Origin: Sphyrna mokarran
Taxonomy: Eukaryota
NCBI GenBank assembly: GCA_024679065.1
Contig: JAGIQG010000009.1
Span: 81,282,001 to 81,346,000 of the forward strand
DNA: 64,000 bases
Direction: 5' to 3'
The notes below the pieces were generated by a model. The model did not search any database, was not told the DNA's origin, and was given only the letters and a program-made list of their open reading frames with translations. The position numbers and the translations under genes were made by a program. Positions within the stretch are counted from its first letter, which is position 1; each line of letters starts with the position of its first letter. Positions 9,100 through 20,124 of the stretch are shown here, piece by piece.

Positions 9100-12000
9100 T
9101 CTAACCAAACATCAGCGATGGAATTGTAGAGACATGCAGGAAGAAACTTTAGTAAAAGTCAAACCAGCTTTACCGTCATCGTCACTGCTGATGCACTTTG
9201 ACCCGAGGAAACCATTCGGGATCATTTGTGACACCTTGCCATTCTTTGCAGTGGGAATGAACACACAGTAGACGGACAGTTGGGAGTGAGGTTCAGTCAG
9301 ATATAGAAGGAAAAGTCGGTGAGTCCAGCAGGCAGAGAAGACTTGGGCTTGATAAGGCACATGGGAGGATTGGAAGGCTAAACAGCACTTTAATACAAGG
9401 AGCCTGTCTGATCAGGCAGATGAACTTACAGAGTTGGTCAGCATGGGGAAATATGAGATTGTTGTAATCACTGAGATATGATTGAAAGAAGGACAGGGAC
9501 TGGAATCTCGACATTCCAGGATATAGAAGTTCCAGGCGGGATGGGGATGAGGGAGTGTGTAAGATCGGAAGGGATATTGTTTTATTGATTAAAGAGACCA
9601 AGCCTGCAGTAATGAGAGAGAGATATTGGAACGCTCTTCAAATGAGGTCATATGGGTGGAGCTGAGAAATAGAATTGTACTGGGATTATACCACAGTCCT
9701 TCCAACACTCAGAGGGAAATACAGCAGCAGATATGTAGCAAATCCCAGAGAGAGACGTGAGAGGAATAATGCGATACTAATAAAGGATTTTAACCTCACC
9801 AATGTTAATAGAATCACCTGAGTGTGAAATGTTTAGACAGGGTGGAATTTTGGAAGTGATTCCAGGAGAGCTTTTTCTGTCAGGAGATAGATAATCCAAC
9901 TCAGGATGGCCCGTGCTCGACCTAATTGTTAGGAATGAATCTGGGTTGTTGAAGTGACACTGTTGAAGTGTCAGTAGGGTGAGCATTTTCGGGATGGGAT
10001 AGGTGGACAGAGCAATGAAACATGGAATTTAATCCTGATAAGTGTGAGGTGCTGCATTTTGGGAGATTTAGTAAGGGTAGGATATACACAATGAACAGTG
10101 GGTCCCGAGGGAGAATTGAAGAACAAAGGGACTTTGGTTCACAAATCCATGGATCCCTGAAGGTTGCATTACAGAGAGAGAGTGTGATAAAGAAGGCAAT
10201 TGGAATGCTTGACTTCATTAGGCAGAGTTCGAATATGGCAGCAGGTAAATGGGATTAGTATCGATTGGTATTGGATGGTCAGCATAGACATGGTGGGCCG
10301 AAGGGCCTGATTCTGTGCTGTGTAACTCGATGACACAAGTTGGACTTGGAGCAATTCTATCCCATAGACTGGAGGATGGAATGGAAAGGCTAAATTCATT
10401 TGTTTTGAGGACTTTGTCCGACGTTGAGAAAATCTCCTCACAAATTGACATAGGAAACCCAGCAGTTATCCACACAGTGAAAAATTCCACCAATATGTCT
10501 GTGGGCGGCATTTCACCATCGTGTCAGACCATAAGCCATTGTTGGGACTTTTCCAGGACATTAAGCCAGTGCCACCTATTGCCTCTGCCAGGGTGCAGAG
10601 ATGGGCATTGCTGCTGGCACTAAACAGCTAAACCTTCCAGCATAGGCCGGGAACACAGATCCCAAATGCAGATGCATTGAGCCGCCTGCCGCTACCACAG
10701 ACCATACCGTCACTGCCTGTTCCACAGGAGATAGTATTGGCTCTGCATTATTTGGACACCTTGCTGTCTCAGCAGCCCACATTCAGATGTGGACAGATAG
10801 GGAGCTGGTGTTAGCAAAGGGCAAGAAAATGGTACTGACCGGATGGCACTTTGACAAGGCAGAGCAAATGAAGCTGTATTTACATTGCAGGGACCAGATA
10901 CCCTGTGAAGAGGGGGTGCTATTGTAGGGTGTCAGTTTCATGGTATTAACCCTTGTGCAATGGCCACTGCTCCAAAAGTTACATGAGACCCAAATTGGCC
11001 AGAGGAGAACTAAAGTGTTGGCCAGCAGTTATGTCTGGTGGCCTGGCATGAACAGAGACATTGAACAAATGGTTGGGTAGTGTGAGAGTTGTCCGACTCA
11101 GCAAGCGTTACCTCTATCAGTGAACATGCTCCCTTGGTCACGACTTCATGTAGGTTTTGGACAGATGTTCCTGGTGTTAGTCGATGCCCATTCCAAGTGA
11201 CTGGACGATCAGTTCATGAGACCCATCACATCCTCCATTTACCATTGATAAACTGAGGCAGATCTTTGTGATCCATGGTCTTCCTGAAGTGTTGCTATCA
11301 GACAACGGAGCAACATTCACGCTGATGAATCTCAGACTTTGATCAAGTCTAATGACATTTGTCATGTCAGGCCAGCCCCCGACCATCCTGCCTCGAATGG
11401 GTCGGTAGAGCGAGCGATGCAATGTTCAAGGCTCTACGTGAAGCAGGTTCATGGACTGCTGCCATTGTGATTGGCCAGTTATTTGCTGTCCTACAACACT
11501 ACACCTCACACCATCACTGGGGTCATGTCGGGGTCACACCCGCAGAGTTGTTAATGGGTCGGTGCCTGTGTACCTGTTTAGATTTATTGTTCCCAAATTT
11601 GTCGGGGAGGATGGAGCTCAGCGAGCTCTCAGAAAGGGTATTGTGACTCTCAGAAAGGGGACAGATTGTTTCATGATGGCAACCTTATGTTGAGTGGGAA
11701 TTTGGATGGTGGACTCAGTTGTGGAGAAGACAGGACCAGTTTCATATTTGGGGGAGACACAGGGCTGTGGAGTTAAGGAACATATTGGTTCCCTACGCAA
11801 GAGAGTAGAGCAAGTTCCAGGAGATGAGCAATTGGGCCCCGTAACCAGTTTGTGTGTACCAGCCTCTGAACAAGACAATTCCATGTCCATCGTGTGGCCA
11901 AGGCAGCGTCTGGCTTGGGTGGGTGAGGCAGAGAAAAGGAGCTGCCCAAGGCCTAGCTCCAGAGATGGTTAGCACATCCACCCCATCAGTGGATCCTGTA

Positions 12001-12455
12001 TCGATGGCTGCTGAAGTGCCCCTGATAGAGTTGCAGCGTTCCGCAAGGTTCCAGAAATCTCTGGACCAGCTGACATTATGAACTGTCTTTCCCTGGTGTC
12101 CCTCCTGTAATATTGTTGTTTCTCTGCCTGTGTGTTAACTGTTGTACTTTTTGTTTGATCACAGGGAATCCAAGATGTTCCAGGGGAAGGAGTGTGTGAG
12201 CTTGGCCCCTTTAAGGGGCAATCCTTCACAGGCCATATGACCAGACCAGAGCCAATGGACTGTGAGGATGTGAACCTGGGCCAATCGGGAGTGAGGATGA
12301 TCATTCCTGGGACTGGAGGCTTCAGTTGGAGTCAGGATGTTGTTGGTAGTAGATCTGTCTGCTTGTGTTGTTAAACCCTTCATTGGAAATACTTCTTCTC
12401 ATCAATAAAGCCTTTAGTTAGTTATTTCCAAATCCAGTCTCCTCCACTTATTACA
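9100..12455 (+). mobile_element. Decayed Ty3/Gypsy LTR retrotransposon (RT connection, RNase H, integrase remnants, PPT, 3' LTR), interrupted by CR1 fragments at about 9300-10330
   Basis: LMHFDPRKP…CD; GLGAILSHRLEDG.ER…RTLSDVEK..SQID (RNase H); integrase-like remnants incl. TGPVSY. PPT AGGGGAAGGAG, then a TGT…ACA LTR at 12193-12455 containing AATAAA. Confidence 0.8.
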
Positions 12456-13086
12456 ATCAGCATCTTTACCACTTTGGATAGCAACAGTCTCTGATAACAT
12501 CAAATACACACACTAACTATTCAACTCCAACAGTTTCACCAGCTGCTGTCACCCTCCCTACTTCCCTCCATTTATTCTGCAATCTCACCATCTCCCCTCC
12601 ATTTCTCACTGAATCGTCCACTTTCCTGGTCTTTCCTCTGTCCAGGTTCACCTGCCCCCTTCCCCTTGGGATTGTTCCATTGCTTTGTTCCAGAAACTTT
12701 CTGGTTGTGGTCAGGCTTCTCTCCACTGCAACCCGAGACATTCGGTCTGGGCTAGTGTCGATGTTTAACATTCTGTCCCACCTTGGACTGAATACATAAC
12801 CAGTGAGGGTCCGACCCACACGATGAGAGTTTGCCACCGTAAAGGAGTCAGGGATCCCGAATGCTGCCATATAACCTGTGTGTGATAATTATTCATTGGA
12901 TTTAGCTCAGAGTTACATAACATTGGATGTTGTTTTGGAACAAATGAAAACTCAATGTTCAGGAAACAGAGGTGATTGAGAACAAAGGGGGAGCTTCATG
13001 TAATAGTGTGTGTGTCTAGCCCTCAGTTCATGTATATAGTTAAATGCATTGTTGTGTATTATAGAGTTTGTGTGTTTTTTTTACAT

Positions 13087-13970
13087 GTTGTAGATAGTCT
13101 GGAGGGATGTCTGAAGTTGCAGCGAGATGTAGATAGGATGCAAGACTGGGCGGAGAAGTGGCAGATGGGACTTCAACGCGGATAAAAGTGTGGTGGTCCA
13201 TTTTGACAGGACCAATGGAATGAACGAGTACAATATCAAGGGTAGGAGTCTTGGCAGTGTTGAGGAGCAGAAGGATCTTGGGGTCCGGGTCCATAGGTCT
13301 CTTAAATCTGCCCTGCAAATGGAGGATGTGGTCAAGAAGTTATACGGTGTACTGGCCTTCATTAATAGAGGGATTGAGTTTAGGAGTCAGGAGGTAATGC
13401 TGCAACTTTATAAGACCCTTGTTAGACCCCACTTGGAGTATTGTGTGCAGTTCTGGTCACCTCACTATAGGAAGGATGTGGAAGTTATTGGGAGGGTGCA
13501 GAGGATATTTACAAGGATGTTGCCTGGATTGGGGGACATGCCTTATGAAGATAGGTTGAGAGAGCTTGGTCTCTTTTCCCTGGAGGGACGAAGGTTGAGA
13601 GGTGACCTGATAGAGGTTTGTAAGATGTTGAAAGGAATAGATAGAGTGGATTATTGGAGGCTATTTCCCAGGGATGAAATGGTCGCTACGAGAGGACACA
13701 GGTTTAATATGCTGGGGGCAAGTACTGAGGAGATGTTAGAGGTAAGTTTTTCACTCAGAGGGTGATGAGTGAATGGACTCGGTTGCCATCAGTGGTGGTA
13801 GAGGCGAACTCATTAGGGTCTTTTAAGAGACTTCTGGATGAGTACATGGGATTTAATGGGATTGGGAGTTACAGATAATTCTATGGCCTGGGAAGTATAG
13901 ATATGATCGGCACAACTTATGGGCCAAAGGGCCTGTTTATGCTGTAGTGATCTATGTTCTATGTTCTATG
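13087..13970 (+). mobile_element. 5'-truncated CR1 LINE (predates the cluster duplication)
   Basis: ORF 13190-13765 [19 protein letters not shown]; (ATGTTCT)n tail; same position in the paralog at 43365-44232. Confidence 0.92.
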
Positions 13971-14679
13971 AATGAGTATTCTGTATTAATTATTCACACA
14001 AAGACTGGACTATTTCTCCCTGGTTCACACACTTTTCTCACAGGATACTAAAGTGAAAATCTACACCACTAAGAACCAGTGTTCCATGTTCCCATTCTGA
14101 GCTCTGAGATCCTTTCACATTTAACATCAGTGTGGGTCTTAACACCTCAAACAACATTCTATTCTCTCAAAAGTAACTCTGGAGATTGTTGCTGGGATTA
14201 TAAAACAGTTCCAGATCTGAATAGTTTTATTGTTGAGCTGCTTTCTTTAACCTGCGACAAATTGCATCCATTAAACTTTTGGATTTATATTTTGGGAAGA
14301 GACAAACACATTTTAAACTCTTCTTTCAGCACAGAAGCTTTCAGCATTTGGATTTGTGTCAATTGTTGTCAAACCTTTGAAAATAAACATTTCCTGTTGA
14401 GAACATTATCAGGACCCAAACCTGAACCTTTAAACTTTGTAAGAATTATAATTTCCACGATCAAAATTGAAACTCCCTCTTCCTGATGTGTGTAGCTTTG
14501 CATCCAAATTGAAAATCCCACATGTTTATTTACACATATTCTTTATCTTCGATAACATCTTTGTATCTCAAAGGTCACTTGCTGAAAGGTCAGATTCTTA
14601 TTGATCTGTGTGTCCATATCAGATCTCCTGTCCCCAAGTAGAAAATAACAGTGCTCCTGAAGGAGTTAAATCATTTTCC

Positions 14680-14990
14680 ACAGAATCCCTATCGTGCAGA
14701 AGGAGTCCATTTGGCCCATCGAATCTACATCATCAACAATCCCATCCCACGTACTATCCCTACGACCCATCACATTTACCTCTCTAATCTCCACATCCTG
14801 GGAAACTAAGGGGCCATTTAGCATGGCCAATCAACCTAACCCACACATCTTTGACTGTGGAAGGAATCTGGAGCACCCAAAGAAAATCCACGCCGACTCG
14901 GGGAGAATGTGCAAATTGCACAGTGATCCAAACCGGGAATCAAGCCCAGGTCCTTGGAGCTGTTAGACAGCAGTGTTAACCACTGTGCCA
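14680..14990 (-). mobile_element. tRNA-derived V-SINE (HE1-like)
   Basis: Minus-strand head GTGGCACAGTGGTTAACACTGCTG… with A/B boxes and conserved SINE body. Confidence 0.8.
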
Positions 14991-15809
14991 CTTGGTTCTA
15001 AACCATGACCATGGTGTGGGAATAAAAATCTTCTTAAAGTTGCTGGCAATGTTGTTCCATTTGTGATTCTCTGGAAATAAAAACACAAGGTCCATTCTGC
15101 TCGAGGGAATGGATTCAGCAATCTGAAAGTTTAAACTGTTGTTGTAAAGAGTTCACTCTGGGCCCAATTTTACCAACTGGAGCCTAAGGCCCGGATCCAG
15201 GAATAATACCGAACCGAGCCCGGAATTGTCACTGCAGTGAGCCCATGCGCTTCTTATATATATTTTGAAATAATGCAGCATCTTCTTTGTGCTGCCTAAT
15301 TATCTATGGGAAAGATAATTAAACTACAGTGTCCTAGTGAGCAATTAGTGAGCTGTTTGTCCCTGTAACCATGAGCCAGGTGCGCAAATGTTCAGTCATG
15401 TGGTGAACTTGGAAGAATTGTCCCCGTGGTGGAACTTGGTTGGAAATAAGATTCAAGGAGATTATTAAATCTGGGAAATCAACCATAGTGAAAAGAAGTT
15501 TGTATTGGCAACTCTTCTCTCACATTCCATGGCAGATGTGTCCCTCCTTATGAATGTTATTTGCACGGACAACGTTGGGTGCAGCTAATCTGCCTCTGGA
15601 GCAGCCTTGGATCCTTTCGTTCTTCTTTTCATCTGAACATTGCACAGAATTAGAGGAATTCCCTTTGGGAAATAATGTCAAAATTATAATGGCAGGAACT
15701 ACAAACCAGACAGTCAAAAATTTGGGAAACTATTTCAAAACATGGATAGGGGGATAGATATTTTGAAATATTTTCCCAAAGACTGTCAGATTGGAAGATT
15801 GAAATGTAA

Positions 15810-16140
15810 CCAACAGAGGAAGTGAAAGAAGCAGCCGAATATTTGTTACTGAGACGGGAACAATTATCTGAACAACATTAAACTTTCAGACTCAAAACAA
15901 ATAAAAACACTAGCAGTGGAGGGGGTGGGAGGAATCTTGGAGACTGACACCGACAGGAACAATCTAAACAGCTGAAACTCCCATTTCCTCAGTCCCTGCC
16001 CGTCACTGCTCAGGAACTCCCCGAGGGGAACCCTCTCGCTCTGTCACTCTCTCTCTCTCTCTCTCTGCTTCTGTCTTTCTCTCCTCTCTCTCACTCTCCC
16101 TTCTGGATGAAAGCTTAAATAACTTGCTGCAAATTAATTC
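15810..16140. promoter_or_regulatory. Candidate 3' enhancer of cluster 2 (EICE, E-box, EBF-like palindrome)
   Basis: GGAAGTGAAA 15818-15827; CAGCTG at about 15969; TCCCCGAGGGGA 16018-16029. Conserved at 51110-51460, downstream of C. Confidence 0.4.
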
Positions 16141-16329
16141 ATTTTCATCTTTCTAATTATTTGAAAAATTCACTGAGTGACATTTTGAGTCGCCAATCTA
16201 AATTTTTCCCCTCACTCACTCCACCTGACACCAGGAAATGGTCAATACTGTTTTACTGTACCAGTTCGAGCAGCTGGATGTTTGTTACTGAGACGGGAGG
16301 AAATTGTGAACCGTGTTCACTACCTCCAA

Positions 16330-17045
16330 TCTCCCAGCACAGAAGGCACAGTGGGATACAGTCAGGAGGGAGTTATCCTGGGAATCCTCAACATAATTCC
16401 AGACTCCATGCAGTCTCTCGGTACCATGTCAAACACAGACAAGGAAACCTCCTCTGGTTACCACATACCGTCCCCCTCAGCTGATGAACCAGTTCTCCTC
16501 CATGTTGAACACCACTTGGAGGAAGGACTGAGGGTGGGAAGGACACAGAATGTACTCTGGGTGGGGAATTCAATGTCCATCACCAAGAGTGACTCCTTGA
16601 GGTTCACCAGGATCTTGCCTGGTATGGAGGGTCTTAGCTATGAGGAGAGATTGGGTAAACTGGGGTTGTTCTCCCTGGAAAGATGGAGAATGAGGGGAGA
16701 TCTAATCGAGGTGTACAAAATTATGAAGGATATAGATAAGGTAAACAGTGGGAAGCTTTTTCCAAGGTCGGAGGTGACGATCGTGATGGGTCACAGGCTG
16801 AAGGTGAGAGGGATGAGGGATGAGTCAGATATCAGAGGGATGTTCTTTACACAGGCGGAGGTGAGGGCCTGGAATGCACTAACAAATAGGGCGGTGGAGG
16901 TGAACACGCTGGGATTGTTTAAGACTTACCTGGATCGTCACATGAGCAGACTGGGAATGGAGGGATACAAACAAACGGTCCAGTTGGACCAATGAGAGCA
17001 CAGGCCTGGAGGGCCAAAGGGCCTGTTTCCTATACAGTGTTGTTT
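16330..17045 (+). mobile_element. Chimeric LINE fragments (APE-domain piece fused to a CR1 3' end)
   Basis: ORF 16282-16995: …VEHHLEEGLRVGRTQNVLWVGN… joined to RFTRILPGMEGLSYEERL…; paralog 51650-52280. Confidence 0.8.
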
Positions 17046-17274
17046 TTTTGTTCTTTGTATTTGAAACAATGGGAGTAGTGAGACCGTGTGAGAGGGGAAG
17101 ATCAAGGGGGAGGTGGTGAATATGGGATGGAGAATTGTAATTGTGATGGTTTAATCCCAGCAACTTCAGGTTCTTTTCTGTTTTCATTCTTGTCACTCAA
17201 GAGATTCCAGATCAAACTGATGTTTGGATTTGAATCCAATCTTCTGCTGATGGGTCATTGATGATGATGTGGAG

Positions 17275-17517
17275 ATGTCAGCGTTGGACTGGGGTAAACA
17301 CAGTAAGAAGTCTCGCACCACCAGGTTAAAGTCCAACAGGTTTATTCTGTTCACAAACAGGGCATTTAAACACAAAATTGTAAATTGAATTTATATCTTA
17401 TATGCCCTGTTTCTGAACAGAATTCCCACTCACCTGATGAAGGGTCAGTGCTCCGAAAGCGAGTGGTTTGTGCTACTAAATAAACCCTGTTGGACTTTAA
17501 CCTGGTGTTGTCAGACT
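17275..17517. mobile_element. Penelope-like element terminal remnant (inverted pair)
   Basis: cacctgatgaagg…ctccgaaagc…aataaaccctgttggactttaacctggtg (17431-17517), with an inverted copy of its end at 17308-17345. Family assignment is from memory of shark repeats. Confidence 0.5.
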
Positions 17518-17521
17518 GCTT

Positions 17522-19183
17522 GTCAGGGTGATGTAAATGTAGTTATGGAGAACACTGAGGTACAGGGTTGCAAATTGGGAAGTATTGTAGTAGATAGGGA
17601 GGATGTGCTAGAAATTCTCGAGGGTTTGAAGTTGGATAAGTCCCCTGGGCCGGACGGGATTTACCCTAGGATTCTCTGGGAGGCAAGAGAGGAGATTGCA
17701 GAGCCTCTGGCTCTGATCTTCAGGTCCTCGTTGGTTACGGGTGTGGTTCCGGAGGACTGGAGGATAGCGAATGTGGTCCCATTGTTCAAGAAGGGGAAGA
17801 GAGACCTTCCAGGGAATTATAGGCCAGTGAGTCTTACTTCTGTTGTGGGCAAAGTATTGGAGAGAATTATTAGGGATAGGATTTATAGTTATTTAGAGAG
17901 AAATGAATTGATTGGGGATAGTCAGCATGGTTTTGTGAAGGGTAGGTCGTGCCTTACTAACCTCATTGAGTTTTTTGAGAAAGTGACCAGAGAGGTGGAT
18001 GGGGGTAAGGCGGTTGATGTGGTATATATGGACTTTAGTAAGGCGTTTGATAAGGTGGCCCATGGAAGACTTCTGCAGAAAATGCAGATGTATGGGATAG
18101 AGGGTGATTTAGCTAATTGGGTTAGGAATTGGCTAGCAGATAGAAGACAGAGGGTGGTGGTTGATGGGAGATATTCATCGTGGAGTTCGGTGACAAGTGG
18201 TGTACCTCAGGGGTCTGTTTTGGGGCCCCTGCTGTTTGTAATTTTTATAAATGATCTGGATGAGGGTATTGAAGGATGGATTAGTAAATTTGCAGATGAC
18301 ACTAAAGTCGGTGGAGTGGTAGATAGTGAAGAGGGGTGTTATAGTTGGCAGAGAGACTTGGACAAGTTGCAGAGCTGGGCCGAGAGGTGGCAAATGGAGT
18401 TTAATGTGGAAAAGTGTGAGGTAATGCACTTTGGCAGGAATAATAAATGTGTAGAGTATAGGGCTAATGGTAGGATTCTTAGTAGTGTTGATGAACAGAG
18501 GGATCTTGGTGTGTATGTGCATAGATCCCTGAAAGTAGGCAGTCAAGTCGATAAGGTTGTTAAGAAGGCATATGGAGTCTTAGCTTTTATTGGTAGGGGG
18601 ATTGAATTTCGGAGCCGCAACGTCATGTTGCAACTGTACAAAACTCTAGTGCGGCCGCACTTGGAGTATTGTGTGCAGTTCTGGTCCCCACATTATAAGA
18701 AAGATGTGGAGGCATTGGAGAGGGTACAGAGGAGGTTTACCAGGATGTTGCCTGGTATGGAGGGCAGGTCTTATGAAGAGAGGCTGAGGGATTTGAGGTT
18801 GTTTTCGTTAGAAAGGAGGCGGCTAAGAGGGGACCTTATCGAAACATATAAGATGATTAGAGGTTTAGATAGGGTGGACAGTGATAGCCTTTTTCCTAGG
18901 ATGGAGAAAGCTAGCACGAGGGGACAGAGCTTTAAATTAAGGGGTATGAGTTATAGGACGGATATCAGAGGTAGGTTCTTTACTCAAAGAGTGATTAGGG
19001 AGTGGAATGCCCTGCCTGCAGCTGTTGTAGATGCGCCAAGTTTGGTGGCGTTTAAGAGGTTAATTGATAAGTATATGGAAGAGAAGGGAATGGTTTAGTT
19101 TGGAGGGGCATTGCTTTTTATTTTGGTCGGCACAACATCGAAGGCCGAAGGGCCTGTTCTGTGCTGTATTGTTCTATGTTCTA
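17522..19183 (+). mobile_element. Young 5'-truncated CR1 LINE with uninterrupted RT domain
   Basis: ORF to 19098 with KSPGPDG, NYRPVSLT, DFSKAFD, GVPQGSVLGP, FADD; (ATGTTCT)n tail; TSD tgctt (17517-17521/19184-19188); empty site at about 52522. Confidence 0.96.
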
Positions 19184-19412
19184 TGCTTCCTGTGTCATTG
19201 ATTGACAGTCCAAGCAACCAATCAGGACATACACTTGTTGAAATGCAGCCAATCAGCTGATGGAGAGGTGGGACATTTCCAAAGCACTCACCAGACATAT
19301 ACTGAATATTCTTAATGTTTATTACCTTTTACACATTGACATTGACAGAAAAAAGACTTGAATAAACAGCCAAGTCAGAGGAAGCTGGAGAAATTCACAG
19401 GGAGAATGGAGG

Positions 19413-19418
19413 TTTATT
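19413..19418 (-). terminator. Polyadenylation signal AATAAA of cluster-2 C gene
   Basis: First AATAAA on the minus strand, about 380 nt after the stop codon; conserved at 52751-52756. Confidence 0.75.
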
Positions 19419-19795
19419 AAAACACTTGTGGAGATTTTCTCAATAGCATGAGATTCCTGTCCCTTTAAACAGTGACTAAATCTTCAATTGTAACTGCAGG
19501 GTGAGCAGGAAGGAGGTCTGGTTTACGAAAGCAGATAATTCAGAGGGTCACATTATTTCTGTACAGCTGACAGTCTTCAGCACTCCCAATAAATGAACAG
19601 CACGGGGTTCATAGAGAGTAAAGCTCCCTCTACAATATCCCAACAATGTTCTTTAACCGCTGACCCTCAGAAGTGTCTCAGACCCAGTCCCAGGAAAGAC
19701 GTGGGTTGTAATTCAATGCTGACAATGACCTTTACTTTCCAGCTCACCCCTGTTCTATCCAAGTTGTGTCTCCTCTGTGGACTGTCTCTAACACT

Positions 19796-20124
19796 CTAGG
19801 CACATTCTGAACTCCTGACACTCTTGCTGAGGGGAGAGGAGAGGCTCACGTGGGTGAGGGCACAGGAGAAGCGAGCGTTGGACTCCCAGTCGGAGCCAGA
19901 GAGGGTCAGCAGGCTGCTGACGCTGTAGGTGTTGTCCGAAGCTCGCAGGTAGTTGCTGGTCTGAATCCCGTTGGAAATGGCTGCACCGTCCTTCTTCCAC
20001 TTCACCTCCACCTCATCGGGATAGAAGTGATCGGCAAGGCACACCAGGGTGGCAGTGCCCTTGGTCTTGACCTCCTCCGGGGAGGGGGGCAGCAGGGTCA
20101 GCGTGGGTTGTGAATTCTCACGGG
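19796..20124 (-). CDS. IGKC: Ig kappa-type light chain constant exon, cluster 2 (TRENSQPTLTLLPPSPEEVKTKGTATLVCLADHFYP…SKSVRSSECA)
   Basis: Polypyrimidine-CAG acceptor at 20125-20127; phase 1, matching the J donor. C1-set motifs ATLVC, FYP, W, YSVSSLLTL, FSCALTH; penultimate Cys; TAG at 19796-19798. Confidence 0.97.

Noticed and set aside
10544-10554. NF-kB-like site GGGACTTTTCC
   Set aside because: It lies within Gypsy RNase H-derived coding remnant and is probably incidental.
17437-19098. 553-aa and 539-aa (36628-38247) ORFs as domesticated RT or fusion genes
   Set aside because: They are 5'-truncated CR1 insertions with tails and empty paralogous sites; the extra N-termini come from flanking DNA.
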